A stretch of 55,939 bases of DNA, filler included, from Squatina squatina (GCA_031763465.1; 3 parts of 2 records of this genome joined end to end with filler, not necessarily neighbours in it); one strand, 5' to 3'. Positions 11,541 through 24,550 are shown, numbered from the whole stretch's first letter. The notes: generated by a model not told the origin, from the letters alone. Translations and numbers: made by a program.

Positions 11541-14500
11541 TGGATTAATTGCTTTCATTTTTGTTTTGCAGATGTCAGCTCCTGCTTCCGTACCACATGA
11601 ATAGGCCAGGTGATATTGCTGTGCTGTCTGATACAGGAATTCCCACAGCTTCTATATATTAGTCCTTACAGCATGACTAAGGAGGTATTTTATCAGAATG
11701 CAATCTCCCTACAATGTCCTCCAATGACTCATCTGACATCAATGCTCTCAGTTTCGCTGGAAAAAACAACAATCAGAGTTAACCCAATTGTTTCGATGAG
11801 TTGGCCAGATCAGTCTTTAGAAAAAGGTATGAAACAAAAATTAGAATTTAGGACAATATTAGTCAGAAATGAAGTCAGAGCAAAGTTAAAATGGAAAAAA
11901 ATGGAATCAAAAGCAAATGGAAAAGAGAGAGTAAGAAAAATGTACAGCAAGAAACACAGGTCTAAGCCTTTTTTTAAATTGTCTTTTTTTAGTTAAGTAT
12001 TTAGTTGTATAGGTTTAATATTAGAGTAACTTGGCTATTTTTGCCATCCAAGTAACTTTGTGACTATAATATTAGGATTTGTTTAGCTGTAAACTGGAAA
12101 CTTTAAAAAAAACTGGCTGGCCCAGGAGATTAAATTTCCTAAACTGCAAACCATCTAAGAGTTACATAACGTTTACCATCCAATTTCTGGATTTACCAAT
12201 CATTTATTCCCTCTCTGTGGTTTAACCTCTTTTACTTTGGCTGTTTAATATTCAAGAATATAAAAGACTCTTTGGTTGCCTCTTCCCTTGTGTTCTGTCT
12301 CTATCCACCCAGTTGGTAGCACCCTCATTAAGATAAATGATTGTGATAAATCATGAATTAATGCCCCCTCCTCTTTTCATAGCAGTGGGGTTTATCTTTT
12401 CCCTTTGAGTAGCTGAGAGTCTGGGGCTTTAGATCTCTCATATTCTTATTTGCATCAACTCTTTTCATATTTTATTCCTTGCACAGTATTCACATTAATA
12501 ATGCAACACGCACAACAGTTTTGTCACATTTAAGCTTCTTCTGGGCTTATTCAATTCTCTATCCATCACCATAAATTTCCATTTGATCATAGTGTTCACA
12601 CATTGTAAATAGGATTCCCTCACTGATTTTACACTCAAACAAGATCAGCAATAGTAACTACCACATCCATAAATATTTGTTATACTTTATTTGAATTTGT
12701 TTACTAATTGATTGTTCTTTATCTCTCCCTTACAATTGCCAATGTTCTCTCTTTTGCCTGTCTTCTCACTCCATCTTGGTTCTCTTCCTATTCCCTCCAC
12801 ATATCTACCCCCTAATGGTTATTCCAATGCCATCTTTCTCCCAGAATGATTTCTTTGTTTACTTATTTGCTCTTATTTATCGATTCCTTTTCAGAGATCC
12901 CTTTGAATTTAAGAATTGTTCAGTGGCTAGTGACTGTGGAGGGATTGAATATTCCAGCCTTGAACTTTCAGCATGGCTTTTTCTCTGTTTGAAAGCTCAT
13001 TTTTAACAATATAAATTTCAGAGTGGTGTTTTTGAAGCAAACTATTCCTGGCTCTTTCAGGGACTGATTCTACCCAGATGACATTTACTTTTCTGGATTT
13101 CCATAGAGGTTCTGTTATAATGACTAAATAATTAAACACTTAGACAATACAAGGAGAACTTTAATGGAGGGGAGAAACATACTCAGAAGCTACTGATGTA
13201 GTCACTGATGTGCTGCATAGTTGAGTCAATCCTTGACTAGTCTCAGTATCATGTACATCCTTTATTCCCAGCAAATGACAATTTGTGGTCATGATAATTA
13301 AAGGCACAAGTTTCTTCATTTTATATTTCCTTTCATACAATATTCAGCATGTGCATTCATTTATGTCTATAGTTCTGATGAAAGAGTTTATGAACTAATT
13401 CTAAACCCGAAACTTTGTATTTTATTTTCGGAACTTATGTGGCCAGATAAATAAAATAAAAACTGCAATTCAGTCAAAACTGCACATTCATGACCAATGA
13501 TCTGAAGGATCCAAAACTGTAGCCCAGCATTTGGAAACAACAATATTTAATCTACAGTGGAAAAGGCAGAACAGAGAAAGTGCTGTGCCTTTCCTGTATG
13601 GACAAAGCAACTTTTCTTCATGGATATAGCNNNNNNNNNNNNNNNNNNNNNNNNNNNNNNNNNNNNNNNNNNNNNNNNNNNNNNNNNNNNNNNNNNNNNN
13701 NNNNNNNNNNNNNNNNNNNNNNNNNNNNNNTTATGCATTGAAAAGATGATGAAAAGATTATAATCGGTATTAGCTAAAACAAATGAGACACGCTGCTTTG
13801 TATTATCACTTAGGTAGAAGGGCTGTGCAAACAAAAGTGTTGGATGCATCTTCACTCGTGTCACTGGAATAAATTTAGGTAATTTTGGCACAAAATTGCC
13901 AACTGCCTAGAACTTCACTATGACCTCTATACGAGGTAGTTACTAATATTTAACCATTATGCTAGCCCTGTTGTCTATAAAGGTTCTCCTCTCTTGCTCG
14001 CTATCTGTGCTAATAGTTGTTCTTGCTATGCTATTATCTCTGTATATCCATAGTTTAGTAGGAGTCCAAGTTGTCTTGTAAGGATCATTAGCCCTGGTAA
14101 TATTCGACATTAATTTAGTTATCTTTAAAATTATTTTGCTCGTGCAAATTGTGAAGGCAGTTTTATTTATGCAAGGAATTGCATCCACAGGGAACTAGTT
14201 TATCTTAGTCGCCCAAACTAATTATATTTGGAGCCCGTTGCATCTGTTAAAGATAGAGGGGATTCTCGCCCCATCTGTCTGAGTTGGATTTAAATCCCGG
14301 TCCCTGAGGTAAATGGACAATCTCTTAATCCACGGCGCCGGCTGGTACCTTTGAGTTAGAATGGAAATGGCTAAGCATTGACAAAAATGTTGCTGGGTCC
14401 CGTTGTTTTGCGAGGCAGGCACAGACAGAGCTGCAGTTTGCCCACAGTTACCGGCAGTGCTGCTCTGGGACCTGCCGATAGGAGGCGTACCTGCAGCGCC

Positions 14501-15845
14501 ACTGGACAAGGTCAGTCTTCCCCTCTCCCGAGGNNNNNNNNNNNNNNNNNNNNNNNNNNNNNNNNNNNNNNNNNNNNNNNNNNNNNNNNNNNNNNNNNNN
14601 NNNNNNNNNNNNNNNNNNNNNNNNNNNNNNNNNCCGAGGTGCGACGAGATGGTCCAACAAGCACGTTTCTGGCTGACTAAACCTTTCCAATGGTGACAGG
14701 TAGATACTGACAGGCAACCCCTGGGATTCAAACCTTGGACCATCTGGATAAGAGGCCGGTGCTGGAACTGTTAGATTGCAGCCTTTTACAAAAAGGGGGT
14801 TATAATAGGAACATTCATTCATCATTATTAAGAATTTAAAAAGTGACAACTTTAAAAAAAAGTTTTGATTTAAGAGAAAGTTTCTGAATTTCTCTAATGA
14901 CCACTTAGTTATTGCTTTGCGTTGTCATTTTCCAAGTTCCTTTTTTGACTCCTCAGTTACTCCTGTCACATGTTAACCTGGAAAATAATGCTGCTAAGAA
15001 TCAAGTTGCAAAAAAATCATCAGACATAAACATAGAATGACACAGAGAATGCCATTCCAATTTGGTAGATTGTGCTTAAAACTGTTTACTTAAACGCACC
15101 GTCCAATCTTTCCATTCAGCATTGATCATATTCACTTAACGATTTAGCTCATTGTATTTAGACCTTACCACCACAGAGCTTTGCTATAGCTATATTCCTC
15201 TAAATTTAGAAATAAATGTGTTCACCCATGTATGCTATCAATGTTATTGTTAATAAGACGCTGGTAGAACTAACATTTTCAAAGTAATGTCAAAAAATGG
15301 TTGTCAAATCCTGAACTGAACAGTGAGGGGTGGAAACACTGCACTGAGGCAACAAGGAAAGCAGTTCTGCAGTATGGGTTAAGGCCACAGTCAGATAGTT
15401 CAGAAAGTTGGGAGGTAATGTTGGCTAATTCGGTAGAGAGCTGATCATTGTTAGATTGTTTCCAAGAGGAGAGTTGGAATGGATTGTAGAGCCATTCAAC
15501 ATGAAAGAAGTACACATTTGGGTCTTCTGTACCAAGGCTGAGGTACACAGTTGGGTGGTTTNNNNNNNNNNNNNNNNNNNNNNNNNNNNNNNNNNNNNNN
15601 NNNNNNNNNNNNNNNNNNNNNNNNNNNNNNNNNNNNNNNNNNNNNNNNNNNNNNNNNNNNNTCCCCCACCCGAACCAGTAACTGGTTTTGTCGCCACGGA
15701 TGCGGCCGGGCCTGCTGTGTGTTTCCAGCATTGTCTAATTTTGCGGATGATAGTTGGATGATAGCCATCCATCTGAGAAGGCCTATCTTTGATCGTTACA
15801 GTTTACTCGTCGCTAGATCAGAAGAATTCACTACTAATGCTCCAC

Positions 15846-16247
15846 GCTGGCTCTGTCAATAGGCTACTTCCCAATTTACTATTGGCATCATCGGGATCTC
15901 TTACAGAATGTTAGCATGACAACAAATGAAAGAACTTAAATGCTTTTAAAATATTTTAATATTACAGTTTAGTTCACTTGTGAAACCACATTGTGCCACA
16001 ATAATATTTTGCTGTGTTTAGCAGTAAATCACGTGCTACAGATTATTACAGCATTCCCCATTAATTTATTGTCCATAATCCTGTAAATTTGACTTGAAAG
16101 TCCAAGAGTTATTTTTCTCTCTGTGGCTTCTGTAGAATGATGAACAAACCCCTGTAAGTGGTAAAATGAACACCAGCTGGCTCTGTCAATAGGCTGCTTC
16201 CCAATTTACTATTGGCATCATCAGGATCTCTTACAGAATGTTAGCAT
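15846..16247 (+). repeat. 72-bp direct repeat (15846-15917 and 16176-16247)
   Basis: GCTGGCTCTGTCAATAGGCT...CAGAATGTTAGCAT is present twice, with 2 mismatches. Confidence 0.9.
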
Positions 16248-16599
16248 CCCTCGAGCCCCACCTGGTGTGTTGTCCTCCACGCACAGCAGGTAAGGAGAAA
16301 AATAAGAAGCCGGATGAAACACTTAGAGCCCACTGTGAGTCGATTGTAAGCTGATTATAGTTTAAAGAGCTGTAATATTTTTCATGAAATCACAAGATAA
16401 CTCTGCATGAGGAAGACCATTCAATCCGTATTAGTTCATCCATCCGGAAGCACCAGACAATTCCCTGTTACAATATNNNNNNNNNNNNNNNNNNNNNNNN
16501 NNNNNNNNNNNNNNNNNNNNNNNNNNNNNNNNNNNNNNNNNNNNNNNNNNNNNNNNNNNNNNNNNNNNNNNNNNNNTGCATTGAAAGTATGGAATGTTA

Positions 16600-17181
16600 G
16601 TGATGCAGGTAGTAGGATGTAGCGCTTGTAGATGCATTCAATGAACTTGACCATTTGTGTGAGGTCATTGAACTTCTTGTGGCACTGCATCCAGGTCCTC
16701 GGGTTGGACTCTTAGCATTGATCTCAGCTATCTGTTCCCACTGCCTTTTGACCATGTGTCTGGAGGGCCTCTTAACCCCTGTGGATAAAGGATATCTCGC
16801 CTCTTTTCAACCTGTTCCAGCATGACCTCCAGTACAGCATCCGAAAGCCTTGGAGCCCGCTCACTCCCATGTTGTGTCATTCTCTCATTCTTCACTGTTT
16901 CCCAGTTCAGATTCACTTCCTGCACGACTGCAAGCACCTGCTCCAGCGGCAATGCAACTCCCCTTTAAGAGGCTAGCTTTAAGTGGTGCTAGGAAGTCAT
17001 GATTTTGGGTCCCCTGCTGATGCTTGCAGCCAATGAAAAGCACGGTTAGCGCTGGCTGCATGCAGCAATCATGCTAATCAGCAGGCAGCATGAAGATGGC
17101 ATGCCTGCATTTCAATCAATGGATGTGGGTGAATTGGGGATGGCGATCCCCGTTTTCAGCGGCTGTCCAATTTAGAATCCC
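16600..17181 (-). mobile_element. Harbinger element end: TIR plus decayed Myb/SANT gene
   Basis: MTQHGSERAPRLSDAVLEVMLEQVEKRRDILYP...WMQCHKKFNDLTQMVK; putative terminus GGGATTCTAAATTGG at 17167-17181. Confidence 0.8.
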
Positions 17182-17183
17182 TT

Positions 17184-17810
17184 GGGCGCCCAATTGGCAC
17201 TCCAGCACTTGCGCTAAATGGGCCTAGAATGGGCGTTAGAGGTCTAACGCCCGTTTTTGGTGGTAAAATGAATTTTGTGCAATTGGCCTCAGTTTAGCAC
17301 CGGCGCTAAATGGGCACTAATGCGGGAGCGTTGGAAACGTGGCGCTAGCCACAAAATGGCCTCTGTGACATCATCAGAGGGTGCAACGCCCAAAATGGCC
17401 GTCCAATAAACAATTGGCCTCAGTTCTTCTGGCGCAAAACTGGCGGTGACACAGCCTGCTTTTTTGGGGTGGTGACACCCCATCTGAATATAAAAACGAG
17501 CACTATTTCAGCTGCTGTGAGGGGCATCTATTTTGAAGGCAGAAAGCGTTGCCTCATTGCTGCAATCTGTTTGTTGCCATTTCCAGAGCTGCAAACGCTT
17601 CAAAGTCTGCTACTTTAAACTTTCATTTCCCTTTTGCATTCATCGATAATGGGAGCTCTATTGGCAGTTAACTGGGAACTGCACCATCACCACATGAGAT
17701 ATCTGAGGTACAGGGATCGACTGCTGCTTCAAAAGAGAGAACAGACGGGAGAAATTGAGGAGGGAAGGGAGCAGCCTGCACCAGCTTTCCCTGCTGAACA
17801 TGCCCATCAG
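17184..17810 (+). mobile_element. Probable opposite end of a Harbinger-type element
   Basis: Starts GGGCGCCCAATTGG, has GC-rich GGCGCTAA/GGGCGTT subterminal repeats, then an inward-pointing ATG (MGALLAV...) at ~17649, cut by a gap. Confidence 0.45.
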
Positions 17811-17944
17811 NNNNNNNNNNNNNNNNNNNNNNNNNNNNNNNNNNNNNNNNNNNNNNNNNNNNNNNNNNNNNNNNNNNNNNNNNNNNNNNNNNNNNNNNNN
17901 NNNNNNNNNNAAAATTAAGGTGAAATTTTTTTATGCAGCGAGTT

Positions 17945-19000
17945 GTCACCATTCTGGTAAATCTCCTCTGCACCCTCTCTGAGGCCTTGACATTCTTCCC
18001 AAAATGCAGTGCCCAGAATTGGCCACAATACTCCAGCTGGGACCTAACCAGTGATTTACAAAGGTTTAGCATAACTTCCTTGCTTTTGTACTCTCTGGGC
18101 GTGAAATTTACCTGGGGTGCATCCGGGGCGGTAGTGGGCAGGAGCCGTCAATTTTCGCGCCAGCTCCCAAACCACNNNNNNNNNNCCCGCCGCAGAAGTC
18201 AGCGATTCGCGGCTGGAGCGAGGCGCAGCGATGTCGGCCACGCTCCCGGTCAGAACTGGAGTGGCCAGCTGTGGGCGTCATTGCTAGCAACATCAGTGCG
18301 CCGCGTCAGTGTCGCTGCGTGCTGACGTCAGACACAGCACACTGACATCACGCACGTGGCCAGACCTCCCTTAAAGGGGAGGGCTGCCGGCCATCCAGAC
18401 GGCGCCCTGTGACCTACCACTGGGCCACCAGGGACACCGGTGACCAGGCCAACAGCCTGGCACGCTGGTTGGCGTGCCAGGCGAGGGGATGGTGGCCCAA
18501 TCTCTGACAGCAGAGTCGGCCGACAAATAAAGGTGACGGCTGCCGGCACACAGGCCCTCCCCTTTAAAAGCGCCGTTGCAGCGACAGGTTTTGCTGTCGC
18601 TGCAACTGACCGGCGCTGTGGCCACATCCTGCAGGTGAATTCTGCCTGCCGGACGCAAACAGAGTGCAAAGGGGGTAGCGGCTATGCGAGGTGGGTCAGC
18701 ATGCGTATTTATGACACCACGTCGACCCGCTGTGGAATTCGCTGGGCCAGGCGTAACTGCCATTGTGCCTCAGGTGAATTCCCCTGGAGGCAAGATGGCC
18801 CCGTCCGGCGCCATTTTGTCTAGCATCGCCTCGTTACCGCCCCTTGGAGGCGCTAAAGGGGCAAAGCCAAAGTTGAATATCACCCCCTATGCCTCTGTTT
18901 AAAAAGCCAAGGAACCTGCATGCCTTTCTAGCGGCCTTCTCAACTTTTCCTGTCACCTTCAAAGAATTGTGTACATACACCCCCAGGTCTCTGTGTTTCT
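17945..19000 (-). mobile_element. CR1 RT fragment split by a MITE
   Basis: MLNLCKSLVRSQLEYCGQFWALHFGK; the host sequence GCTTTTGTACTC|TATGCCTCTG resumes after 18887. Confidence 0.8.
18097..18887. mobile_element. GC-rich non-autonomous DNA transposon (Harbinger-type MITE)
   Basis: Imperfect TIRs GGGCGTGAAATTTACCT and (reverse complement) GGGGGTGATATTCAACT, 3-bp flanks TCT/TAT, and a clean interruption of a CR1. Confidence 0.75.
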
Positions 19001-19110
19001 GCAGCCTGTAGGTCGCACACTCTGGTTGCTCCTCAACCTGGAGTCTTGCTGTGCGATGACGGCAGCCCAGTCACTCCTGCTTTGGTTATATGCAGAGAAC
19101 CGTCGGCTGC

Positions 19111-19210
19111 NNNNNNNNNNNNNNNNNNNNNNNNNNNNNNNNNNNNNNNNNNNNTTAATTAATTAANNNNNNNNNNNNNNNNNNNNNNNNNNNNNNNNNN
19201 NNNNNNNNNN
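19111..19210. other. Artificial scaffold spacer 44N-TTAATTAATTAA-44N
   Basis: A palindromic six-frame-stop 12-mer at 19155-19166 sits exactly centred in a 100-base gap. Confidence 0.95.
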
Positions 19211-19651
19211 CCCTGCATGTGGTGCACCGCATGCTTGTAATAAAGATTCTTTCGTGACCATCTTCATGGAGATTTGTCCCACAACAAACTGAATGGAACA
19301 GTACAATTTCTGAGTTGATTCAGATTTTTCTTGCCATTATTTAAGCTGCTGCAGATTCTGATGCTTCTGGTTTGAAATCACCTCAAAAGCTTACAAGCGG
19401 CTTCTTTTAAAAGATCTCACTATTGAAACAATGATAATTGTTAGTAAATGTTGTGAATCAGGTGCTGCTGATGTTTGATAAATTCAGCTTGTAATATGCA
19501 GCCTGTCTCTTGATGAACAAGGGCTGTTCTTGTGAGTAAACTATGGCAGGGATCCCTTTTAATAAAGAACAAAACCTTCAACTGCCATGTTAATATACAT
19601 CATTTGTGGTTTTGTATTTATGAGCTCCTGTCAGGAATGTAGAGTTCCTAC

Positions 19652-19831
19652 CTTGTACCTGTACATTGTGGCGATTAGGAATGTAAAGGAAATAGCGGTG
19701 GCTGCCATAGCATGGGTTGATGGCATACCATATTCTGCATCGACTCTTGTTTCCAACTTTACAACTGGCGGGGATAATGGACGAGGCCACTTAATGATGT
19801 CTTTGGAGGCCTGCCCCAAGTACATAACAAT
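19652..19831 (-). CDS. SGPP2: Sphingosine-1-phosphate phosphatase 2, internal exon (180 nt; equivalent to exon 3)
   Basis: AG/GT bounded; [60 protein letters not shown] carries PAP2 motifs K-x6-RP and PSTH. Position next to PAX3 favours SGPP2 over SGPP1. Confidence 0.92.
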
Positions 19832-19985
19832 CTGTCAAAACAATTACAAAAAGGTAAGAGGCAGTTGTTTATGAAGGTACATTGTAAAATGTCATTATTT
19901 TCTGCATGTTTCTTTCCACTTTAATGCTTAATTTAAGCACTGGTTAATTTTTAAATTTGTAAAACTATTAATTAGAAAACATTTG

Positions 19986-20202
19986 AAAGAACTTGAATTC
20001 ATATAGCATCTTTCACAACCTCAGGAATATCCCAAAGCACTTTGCAGCTAATGAAATACTTCGGAAGTGTTGGCACTGTTGTGATGTAGGAAATGTGGCA
20101 GCCAATTTGCGCAGAACAAGGTCCCACAAACAGCAATGTGATAATGACCAGCTAATATGTTTTAATGATTCTGGTTGAGGGATAATTATTGGCCAGGACA
20201 TT
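19986..20202 (-). mobile_element. DeuSINE (SacSINE1/AmnSINE1-like) 3' part
   Basis: Reverse complement of the CATTGCTGTTTGTGGGA.CTTG.T.TGCGCAAATTGGCTGCC core and GCTAT.T.AAT.CAAGT tail; a sister copy lies at 48179. Confidence 0.7.
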
Positions 20203-20302
20203 NNNNNNNNNNNNNNNNNNNNNNNNNNNNNNNNNNNNNNNNNNNNNNNNNNNNNNNNNNNNNNNNNNNNNNNNNNNNNNNNNNNNNNNNNNNNNNNNNN
20301 NN

Positions 20303-21023
20303 GCCTCAGTGGATGGGCCTCCCCCCGTTCCCTGTTGGGAGGGCCTGTTGGCGGCGACCTTAGCCTGCAGATGAAAGGGCATAGTCTTAGCATCATGATA
20401 TGACACCATCTGCATAGTAATCTCTCAATGCAGATGCATGTGCCATTAGCAGCAGCTGAGAATAGCAGAAGGTCTTAAAGTGAGAGGACTGAGGACTGCA
20501 TGTAGTGAACAACACACTCACCCACACCAGATGAGTTAAGTTGTTGAATTTTGTTCTACATTGGATTGCTGTCCTCTCCTCCACATCTGAGGCTGACACT
20601 TCATTTGCTACTGCCTGTCAGCTTTGGCGATGCACTGAGGGGGCAGCTTTCCTCCTGATGTAGTGAATAGCTGCCTCTCCTCCTCTCCACAGAGGACACC
20701 AGAGTGTCGAGAGCCACATTGGAGAACCTCCGACTTCTGCACACAAATCCAGATATTTTTACACTAAATGAGCAAAAGAAGATTCTTTTATGTGAATCGA
20801 GGCAGTGGTAATGCAATTGCTGAATGAGAAAGGTTTTTAAATTCAAGAGAACGCCCCTCCAGCGCCTCTATGCAGCTGTCAGCGCCTGCGACAGTGCCAC
20901 GCCTGGTGAAAAGAAAAACACAGATGAATTTCGGAGCTCCCGGGTGCTGTTAACGCTGGGCACTGTTTGGGTGCTAATCACTGCTGCAGCATTTCAAGCA
21001 TGGCTACGATCAATTTCAGGCCC
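20303..21023 (-). mobile_element. Harbinger element end with decayed Myb/SANT gene
   Basis: RSRRFSNVALDTLVSSVERRRG and SASDVEERTAIQCRTKFNNLTHLVW followed by GTGAGT; terminus GGGCCTGAAATTGATC at 21008-21023. Confidence 0.8.
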
Positions 21024-22689
21024 TTAGTGACCAAACAAATACATCACTGGCACAATCCTATGCCTCCCACCCCATTGATTTCCAGTGATCCAATGGACTC
21101 AGAATGGATGTCTGGCCACTAGCTATAAAACGAAGAAGGATGCCAGGGTACCTACTCCAGGCAACTGCCAGTACTGCTCCACAGCCAGTGAGCAGGAAGT
21201 GGGTTGATTGAGTGTGCCTCAAATTTTACTCCTTCCCTGTGGGAAAATAGGTGACCTCCACCAAATGGCCATACACAAAAAAAACTGGGCTAAGATCATG
21301 AATTCATGTGTGGGTAATGACAAGAAACAGCATTATCTTTATTCTCTGATTCCATCAAACCATTCAGAATCAGTGGAGATATTAGCAGGAAGCTGTTTTC
21401 ATATTGGCCACGTAGATCACTGTTGTTTGTGTATTGGGCAGAGCCCCATGCACGTAAACTCAAGTTCTCACCTGCCTCTGCTACTAGCTAAGTGAGCCCC
21501 AGGGATCATAACTGAGAACCCTTTCTCTGTACATCGGCTACTGAAATGTATCACCATGCAATTCTCTTTAAAAAGTGGGCTGAATATACACTCTTACTAG
21601 ACTGAGATTAAACCTTTGAACCAACAAATGTTTTCCTTTAGATAAAACAGATGAATCATACTCTCCACCATCCTCCTCAATGCATAAAATAACGAAGATA
21701 ACGCTCGCTTTCTCTATAAATAAACCAGAGGTCAATCTCACCTAGCCGGGCCAACACAAACTGAACACCAAGCTCTTCAACTGCTGGCTGTGAAGCTGAC
21801 ACTGAATATAGTCTGTCTTCACAGAGGCTTAGCACAGAAATACGAATGCATATCCTTTGAAGTATACTGAAACAAAAGGCAATGCATGACTGCTTCTCTC
21901 ATACAACCAACAGCCATTCACAGAAGTCTGCATTTCTCTAAAATTGAATGGATAACCAGTATTGGGGAATGACAAGGCAATCTGTGATTGCCTGTGATAT
22001 CGCTGGCCATTTATACAATTCACACCTCAGGCATCCTATTGTGCTTGCCTCAGCAATACTCCTTCAATCCAATGTGTTTGGTCTCTGAGTTGATGCTTTT
22101 CCCTTGTAAAATACCGTGTGTGACCTTGAGTTTTAACTCCTTACATGCTATTTCTGAGAATAGAAAATAAAGCTTAAAATTCAACTTAGACACACATTCA
22201 TCTTTGTCACAATTCCTCCATTCCAATTAACTTCCACACAATTTTTCAATAAGTTTGACGACTTAGCTTTTAAATTGACTTAAATCGCACCCCAATAGCA
22301 GGTAGAGATTCCTGACTCTTCCTTTAGATTCAGAATAGCTTTGACATGGTTTTATAGATTTTGTGTTACCACTGATATTGTACCGCCTTTTCTTCAACAG
22401 ATTTTTACTGCCTAAATTGTGACAACAAAATTATACTTATATACAGTTTAGAAAAATATTGAAATTTTTCCAAGTTGAAATACATCATGAATTTTTACAC
22501 AGAGCAGTAATGACTTTGTTTAGGGAAAACTGTGCAGTATATAGAAAGTGATTTGCATAAGGATGATGAGCCAGCCAGCTCGACAGCTTCTCACAGTCAG
22601 GGAGGTCAGCCAATTATCATAGGTTCTACATGGAGTTTGAGGATGTTCCCTGCCTATGTCTGAATCAATTTTATTAATTATTCAGTCAT

Positions 22690-22935
22690 TGGCCTGAGGG
22701 GGATTGGTTATTAATGGAGTTTATCGCTGGTGCTATAGAATATAAAAGTTGAGCTGTAACAGAACCTGAGTAAAACCACAATTGGAGTATTGTGTGCAGG
22801 TTTGAGCTCAGTCTTATGTGAAAGATATTGAGGCAATAGAGAGGATACAGTGCCGATTCAGTAAGAAGATGTCTGGTATGAGGAAATACAAATAAAGAAA
22901 ATACTTGAAAAATTGGGGCTTTTTTCATTAGAGCT
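22690..22935 (+). mobile_element. Old CR1 RT C-terminal fragment
   Basis: Degenerate KPQLEYCV..F and LEKLGLFSLE motifs. Confidence 0.55.
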
Positions 22936-23457
22936 AGTTAGATTTTTTTCCTCATTCTTCAGCTCGAAAAATATTTATGCTGCAAATTGCTTGAAGTGCA
23001 ATTGAAAGATGCAAGGGCAGCGAGGCATCTGGGACCTTGGTGATCGACGGGACCAATGGGGTATTTCCTTATCCAATGAGCTTCGAGGATTGAGGAAGGA
23101 CTGAGAAGGAGGGTGAATTAGAGNNNNNNNNNNNNNNNNNNNNNNNNNNNNNNNNNNNNNNNNNNNNNNNNNNNNNNNNNNNNNNNNNNNNNNNNNNNNN
23201 NNNNNNNNNNNNNNNNNNNNNNNAGGCAGGCCTCACTGTGGGATAGCTCTAGATTGCTGATTTTTGATCAGTTATGTGCAACGCACTCTACATGAAACAG
23301 AAGTAATTTAATATACACTTTTGCAAAATCATTCAATATTCAGCAATGTTAAGAAAACCAACATTCCAACGCTTACTGTTGTACTGAGAGCTTTTGCCTT
23401 GCAATATTTTGGCTTTGATGGTTAAACTGAAGTAGCATTAAAAGATGTTGTACTTAC

Positions 23458-23613
23458 TGCCCACACACCAACCAGCCTCCTAGTAACAAATGGGTCAAAA
23501 TTCCAGTAGGTAAATGGAAGGAATGTGATGTAAAAGATCTCCTGGCCTAGTGCAGCAGCAGCTTGGAACAAGTAGTAGAAAACAAAGTTCTTCACCACGT
23601 ATCCTGGTTTGTC
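23458..23613 (-). CDS. SGPP2: SGPP2 internal exon (156 nt; equivalent to exon 2)
   Basis: TTACAG|GAC...GCA|GTAAGT; [52 protein letters not shown]; phase 0, joins in frame to the 19652-19831 exon. Confidence 0.92.
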
Positions 23614-24550
23614 CTGTAACAATGTAAAACTACATGAATCTCCGATCTTCATTTTCTTTTCGAAGCAGTTGGATTTTTCCTTGTCCCACATTCAATAGAT
23701 GTCCCTTATCCCTTTATGCTTATGCAAACAAATAACATTGTTTGATCCAATCAACTCAGCTTTCCCTTCCTCAAGAAATACTCAAACTGGAATAAATTAC
23801 AAGAAATTAAGTTAGCACATAGAAAGTGTAGATTAGCTGTACAATAAAATTTGCAATTATAGCTTTTCAGATGCTTGTGTTGATTACCATATTGTGTTTC
23901 CTTTTGACTCTGTGTGTTGAGGTTTAATATAACTTTAGTCTTTCTGTAGATTTTCCAATGCTTGAAAGACTTATTTGGTGAGAAGAATTAATTTGATTCT
24001 GCTCCAGTATGCCTAAAAAGGTCTTTGTTAAAGTAACTCTCAACCTAAAATAGATCATGTTTATTTTATTAACAAACAATTGGAAATATTTTGAATTGCA
24101 ATGGACTGCTAAAAAGTTATTGGCCCTGAAATTGTGATCTCCCTGGGTGGGAATGATGATCCCACGCACCTGGGGAAGCACTGCAAAAGCTGGTTATGGG
24201 GCTGTACATCATAAGCCCGCAAAACCAGCATTTGTGATCTGTCCAGAAACTTCTGGACAAATCCAACGCTGAAGCGGCGAAGCCCGTCCCCAGCACTGAG
24301 CTTTGCGATATTTTTGTAATACTTGCACTGGGGATCTCTTGAAATTTTTTACATATGGTAAAACCTAGCATATCTGCTTGGTTTTACCATCATAAGAAAT
24401 GTTAAAAAATTTTTATTAAAAAAAAATAATGTTTGTGTTATTTATCTCCTNNNNNNNNNNNNNNNNNNNNNNNNNNNNNNNNNNNNNNNNNNNNNNNNNN
24501 NNNNNNNNNNNNNNNNNNNNNNNNNNNNNNNNNNNNNNNNNNNNNNNNNN

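Noticed and set aside
14634-14765. tRNA-like B box (GGTTTGAATCCC) on the minus strand
   Set aside because: No complete cloverleaf; more likely a decayed SINE head.
17933-18902. Several overlapping 100-130 aa ORFs
   Set aside because: Stop-poor frames in a GC-rich MITE with no recognisable domain.
19155-19166. TTAATTAATTAA as a homeodomain site or piggyBac footprint
   Set aside because: It is centred in N runs and repeated identically at 38456, so it is a computational linker.
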